Assembly: GCF_006345805.1 (NCBI RefSeq)
Contig: NW_021826831.1
Span: 1 to 12,171 of the forward strand
Length of the DNA: 12,171 nt
Direction: 5' to 3'
Origin: Octopus sinensis
Lineage: Eukaryota
Shown: positions 9,101 to 12,171 of the stretch, in pieces
Numbering within the stretch: the first letter of the stretch is position 1
How the letters are laid out: each line of letters opens with the position of its first letter
Program-made: the position numbers and the translations under genes
Notes under the pieces: generated by a model
Databases searched by the model: none
What the model saw: only the letters and a program-made list of their open reading frames with translations
Told to the model about the DNA's origin: nothing

Positions 9101-9270
9101 GGTGAATTCACAAAAAACAAAAGATGAAGACAGGTGGTGTAGACAACAAACAGATATATTAGCATAACTCTCGGGAAGTGAAGGAGTCTTTAGCATTTCG
9201 AGTCTACGCTCTTCCACAGAAAGGAACACAGAAAGAAGCAAGGAGAGAAAATAAAGAGAGAAAATAAGGA
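9101..9270 (-). mobile_element. (TA)n-flanked ~170 bp module with a degenerate minimal hammerhead; probable Penelope-like terminal repeat remnant
   Basis: Minus strand CTTT-CTGTGGA-A-GAG-cgtaga-CTC-GAAA-TGCT-AAAG at 9223-9188; flanked by (TA)n on both sides. Confidence 0.5.
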
Positions 9271-9290
9271 ATATATATATATATATATAT

Positions 9291-9421
9291 ATATCTCCGA
9301 AGAGGCCTTATGATATTTTTGTAAATGTCTCATTTATATCTATATATTGACCTACCATAAAAGGCTAATATTGGTAAAATGAGACATATTTATCTACATG
9401 GCCGAAACAGCTGTAAGACGT
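9291..9421 (+). ncRNA. Type I hammerhead ribozyme motif with a long helix II insertion and palindromic helix III
   Basis: Core CCGAAGA 9297-9303 (U4C variant); helix II GGCC 9304-9307 with GGCC 9400-9403; GAAA 9404-9407; helix III ACAGCTGT 9407-9414; GUA cleavage triplet 9413-9415; helix I TCT 9294-9296 with AGA 9416-9418. Confidence 0.65.
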
Positions 9422-9668
9422 AATCTATACTTATATTTATATTTACTTATATTTATATTCTCTTTTTTATATATATTCTACTTATTATACAACATTACTC
9501 TTTTATGTACACTTATTTATGTACATTCCTTTATGTACACTGATTTGTTCTGCTTTTTTATACTTAACCCTACAGTCTCTTATGTGGTGGTTTAATACAG
9601 TATGTGATTGAGTATTATCTGGTAATTGATATTTAATTAGATGTATTTCTCCATTTTCTTATCTTGTG
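9295..9668 (+). mobile_element. (TA)n-flanked ~370 bp non-coding hammerhead-bearing module (Penelope-like pseudo-LTR or retrozyme-like monomer)
   Basis: Begins with the hammerhead core directly after (TA)n 9271-9294 and ends at (TA)n 9669-9739; T-rich body with no credible ORF. Confidence 0.5.
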
Positions 9669-9739
9669 TATATATATATATATATATTATATATATATAT
9701 ATATATATATTAATAATATATATATATATATATATATAT
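9669..9739. repeat. (TA)n microsatellite
   Basis: Direct reading. Confidence 0.95.
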
Positions 9740-10328
9740 TCTGTGGCCTACATAACATTATAGCTGTGGGATAAAACGTAACGTTGATATTCCCAGTCGT
9801 AAGTTCATGAAAAATTATTCAGTTTTCATCTCAGTAGATGTTTATGCCCTTGTTTAGATAATATCACAGCTTTCATCGGATGAAGCAAGGCATCATCAAT
9901 TTGCCAACGACAGGCTGATCAACCTTTATCAATTCTTCGTTCCCTGATCCCTCCAGTTCTATGAGTAATTTTATTTTCAGCCATTCTTCTCGCAAACTTA
10001 TGTAAGGAGGGTCAAATATTTGTTTCATTGAAAAAAAATCTTGTCTTTGTGTAACCAAATTCGGGGATCGAATTTCATGAATTTTTTCCAAGTTTCTCAT
10101 AACTTACTTATAGAGCATGGGATCCTCAACTTATAAAAGTTTGGATTTCATATTTTTTCCATGAGAATAAATGGGTAATAGCTCATTTTCCGAATTTTAT
10201 CAATAATAAGTGATTTTAAGTTATGAGCACTGATCGTAACTTTGGTAGGTGTTTATCATCAGAGCAACACCTACCAAAAACTACTCCTACCTTTACATGC
10301 GTTCTCTGCAAGCAATAATGCTCACAGG

Positions 10329-10403
10329 TTTATTATTATTATTATTATAATTATTATTATTATTACTACTACTATTAATATTATTATTATTATTATTATT
10401 ATT
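10329..10403 (+). repeat. (ATT)n microsatellite with ACT variants
   Basis: Direct reading. Confidence 0.97.
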
Positions 10404-10957
10404 GAGTGAGAGAGCAGTGCATGCCATCAAAGTGACACTGGGGTAAAATATACGAAGCCCAGTATACCCGTCATGACTACCCGTCTGATAAGGGCACACC
10501 GGGCACATGCATCACAACCATATGTGCGCGATATGGTGATCTTATATCAAGATAAACAGCACATGACCTTGCAGGTGGGGCCCAGTTAGAATTTTCTTCT
10601 GGTCGAGTAACCCATCCCACTCAAAAGGTCCTTGAATAAGGGTTATTTAAGGATGTTAAATGAAACACCTATGTTTCCAGAGGTGAATTATTTAAACCCC
10701 AAAGAATCCCTCTCAACACATGGCTATGATGCTCCCCCACTACTTCTGCTCGTGATCAGAGATGCACATATCGTCAGCCACTAAGGGACATGCTCAACTG
10801 GTTAAGGTCAAACAACTGACAAGCAAATCTGTGGTATTGAGCAGAATATTTGCTGTAGCCCATCTTTTATACCAAGACAAAACAATGTACATGATAGCAC
10901 TTCCAATCAGTTAAGATCAGAAGCCATGAGAGCCACTGCCTGGTACTGCATCAGGGC

Positions 10958-10960
<3 letters not shown>
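10404..10960 (-). mobile_element. Unclassified ~555 bp non-coding interspersed element embedded in (AAT)n
   Basis: Unique-sequence block bounded by (ATT)n on both sides; its left 90 bp recur at 11114-11202 with the same ATT-adjacent end. No TIRs, pol III boxes or ORF recognised. Strand is inferred. Confidence 0.7.
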
Positions 10961-11012
<52 letters not shown>

Positions 11013-11113
11013 GTTATTATTATTATTTCATTATTATATTATTATATTATTATTATTATATTATTATTATTATTATTATCATTATTATTATTATTATTAT
11101 TATCATTATTATT
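10961..11113 (+). repeat. (ATT)n microsatellite
   Basis: Direct reading. Confidence 0.97.
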
Positions 11114-11202
11114 GAATGAGAGAGCAGTGCATGCCATCTAATTGACACTGGGGTAAAATATACGAAGCCCAGTTTGCTCATCATGACTATCCGCCAGATA
11201 AG
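11114..11202 (-). mobile_element. Second, truncated copy of the 555 bp element
   Basis: GA(A/G)TGAGAGAGCAGTGCATGCCATC...GACACTGGGGTAAAATATACGAAGCCCAGT...TCATGACTA...GATAAG matches 10404-10492. Confidence 0.9.
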
Positions 11203-11282
11203 TACCAGTAAAACACTGGGGTCGACGTAATCGACTTATCCTTTCTCCCAAATTTAAAGCCTTTCTGCATATAGCAGAAGTG
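11198..11282 (+). mobile_element. SINE 3' fragment (S5)
   Basis: ATAAGTACCAGTAAAACACTGGGGTCGACGTAATCGACTT...AAATTTAAAGCCTTTCTGCATATAGCAGAAGTG then (ATT)n; same body as S1/S2, tail like S4. Confidence 0.8.
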
Positions 11283-11339
<57 letters not shown>

Positions 11340-11418
11340 TTTATTATGATTTTTTATTATTATTATTATTATATTATTATATTATTATTATTATTATTAT
11401 TTTTTTTTTTTTTTTTTT
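11283..11418 (+). repeat. (ATT)n microsatellite ending in a T19 run
   Basis: Direct reading; the T run would be a poly(A) at the 3' end of B2. Confidence 0.95.
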
Positions 11419-11950
11419 CTTCTTTCAAATTTTCTTCCATTTCTTGCCGAGTGTCTTCCCGACTCCTAGGGCAAAGAAACTCATAGTGTATATTGGTAGG
11501 CCATTAAACCAAACTCAGTAGTTCGTTCATTTTTTTTTTTTTTTTTTTTTAGTTAAATTAAAATACATGATTGCAGCAACAGTTCTCACATCGACAATGC
11601 TCTTCTCAATACGTGTGATTACCAGTTAAGACAATCTTTTGCACTTCTTGCAGGGATGGTAAGCCAGGGATCATTCTCATATAATTTTCGGTTCCCTTCT
11701 TGATCATTCCTAGTGCTCCTACGATCACTGGTATTGTAACCGCCTTGAGATGCCACATTTCTCAATTTCAATGAGTAGGTCTTTATATTTTCTGAGCTTG
11801 TCAAACTCTTTCGCTGAGATATTATGATCACAGGGGATGCTCATGTCGATCAATAAGCAAACTTTATTGTTTTGGTCTTTCACAACAATATCTGGTTTAT
11901 TGGCCTTGATGGTTCGGTCTGTATGTACTGGAAAGTCCCATAGAATGGTT
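11419..11950 (-). mobile_element. 5'-truncated R4/Dong-like LINE (family B, copy B2) with a nearly intact RLE domain and complete 3' UTR
   Basis: Minus strand reads TILWDFPVHTDRTIKANKPDIVVKDQNNKVCLLIDMSIPCDHNISAKEFDKLRKYKDLLIEIEK/MWHLKAVTIPVIVGALGMIKKGTENYMRMIPGLPSLQEVQKIVLTG/HVLRRALSM* (stop 11586-11588; two small frameshifts). The PD...D...K catalytic motif is retained. Confidence 0.95.
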
Positions 11951-11963
11951 ATTATTATTAATG

Positions 11964-12005
<42 letters not shown>

Positions 12006-12026
12006 GTTGTTATTATTATCATTATT
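11951..12026 (+). repeat. (ATT)n microsatellite
   Basis: Direct reading. Confidence 0.97.
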
Positions 12027-12171
12027 CCTTCTTTCTTCAAATGTTCTTCCATCTCTCGCCGGGTGTTTTCCGTACACCTAGGGCAGAAAAGCTCATCGTA
12101 TGCATTCCCAGATTACACACGCAAATTCACAGGTAAAATATGCATTTAATAAAGTTCATAAATAAATAAAT
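12027..12171 (-). mobile_element. 3' UTR end of another family-B-related LINE (B3), running off the window
   Basis: Minus strand GAGCTTTTCTGCCCTAGGTGTACGGAAAACACCCGGCGAGAGATGGAAGAACATTTGAAG parallels the B2 end GAGTTTCTTTGCCCTAGGAGTCGGGAAGACACTCGGCAAGAAATGGAAGAAAATTTGAAAG; followed by (AAT)n on the sense strand. Confidence 0.8.

Noticed and set aside
9398-9595. ORF MAETAVRRNLY...
   Set aside because: Its start is simply the GGCCGAAAC half of the hammerhead, and the rest is T-rich low complexity.
9858-9947. Possible third, terminal exon after TTGTTTAG reading IISQLSSDEARHHQFANDRLINLYQFFVP*, phase-compatible with 8244; also a 21-nt AG/GT-bounded segment at 9981-10001 and an overlapping 75-aa minus-strand ORF (9873..10100)
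   Set aside because: There are three mutually competing readings, no recognisable domain, and such sites are frequent in AT-rich DNA. Not supportable without RNA-seq.
10180-10270. CTGATGA on the minus strand (10263-10257) as a hammerhead core
   Set aside because: No helix II closing onto a GAAA and no valid NUH triplet can be built.
10404-10960. HDV-like or hammerhead ribozyme in the 555 bp element (minus-strand CTGATGC near 10953-10947)
   Set aside because: The core lacks A9 and a paired GAAA, and I could not find a nested double-pseudoknot by eye. A descriptor search is needed.

Overview
AT-rich, repeat-saturated eukaryotic DNA, intronic or intergenic. The SINE and LINE sequences look like those of an octopod cephalopod (Octopus-like); this is recognition from recall, not a database hit. 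Nearly all ORFs in the supplied track are microsatellite translation artefacts. Two clusters of retroelements sit inside trinucleotide microsatellites: 1-3240 with (AAT)n on +, and 10330-12171 with (ATT)n on +. They hold five decayed fragments of R4/Dong-like non-LTR retrotransposons with a restriction-like endonuclease (RLE), tRNA-derived SINEs, a DINE-1-like Helentron-associated element and an unclassified ~555 bp non-coding element. The middle is (TA)n/(CA)n/(GATA)n/(TACA)n-rich. It contains a sixth RLE-LINE remnant tied to (TACA)n, three inverted-repeat structures, and (TA)n-flanked modules carrying type I hammerhead ribozyme motifs. One hammerhead is near-intact with a ~90 nt insert in helix II (9291-9421); two are degenerate. 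Two small phase-compatible candidate host exons (6344-6412, 8172-8244) are weakly supported.
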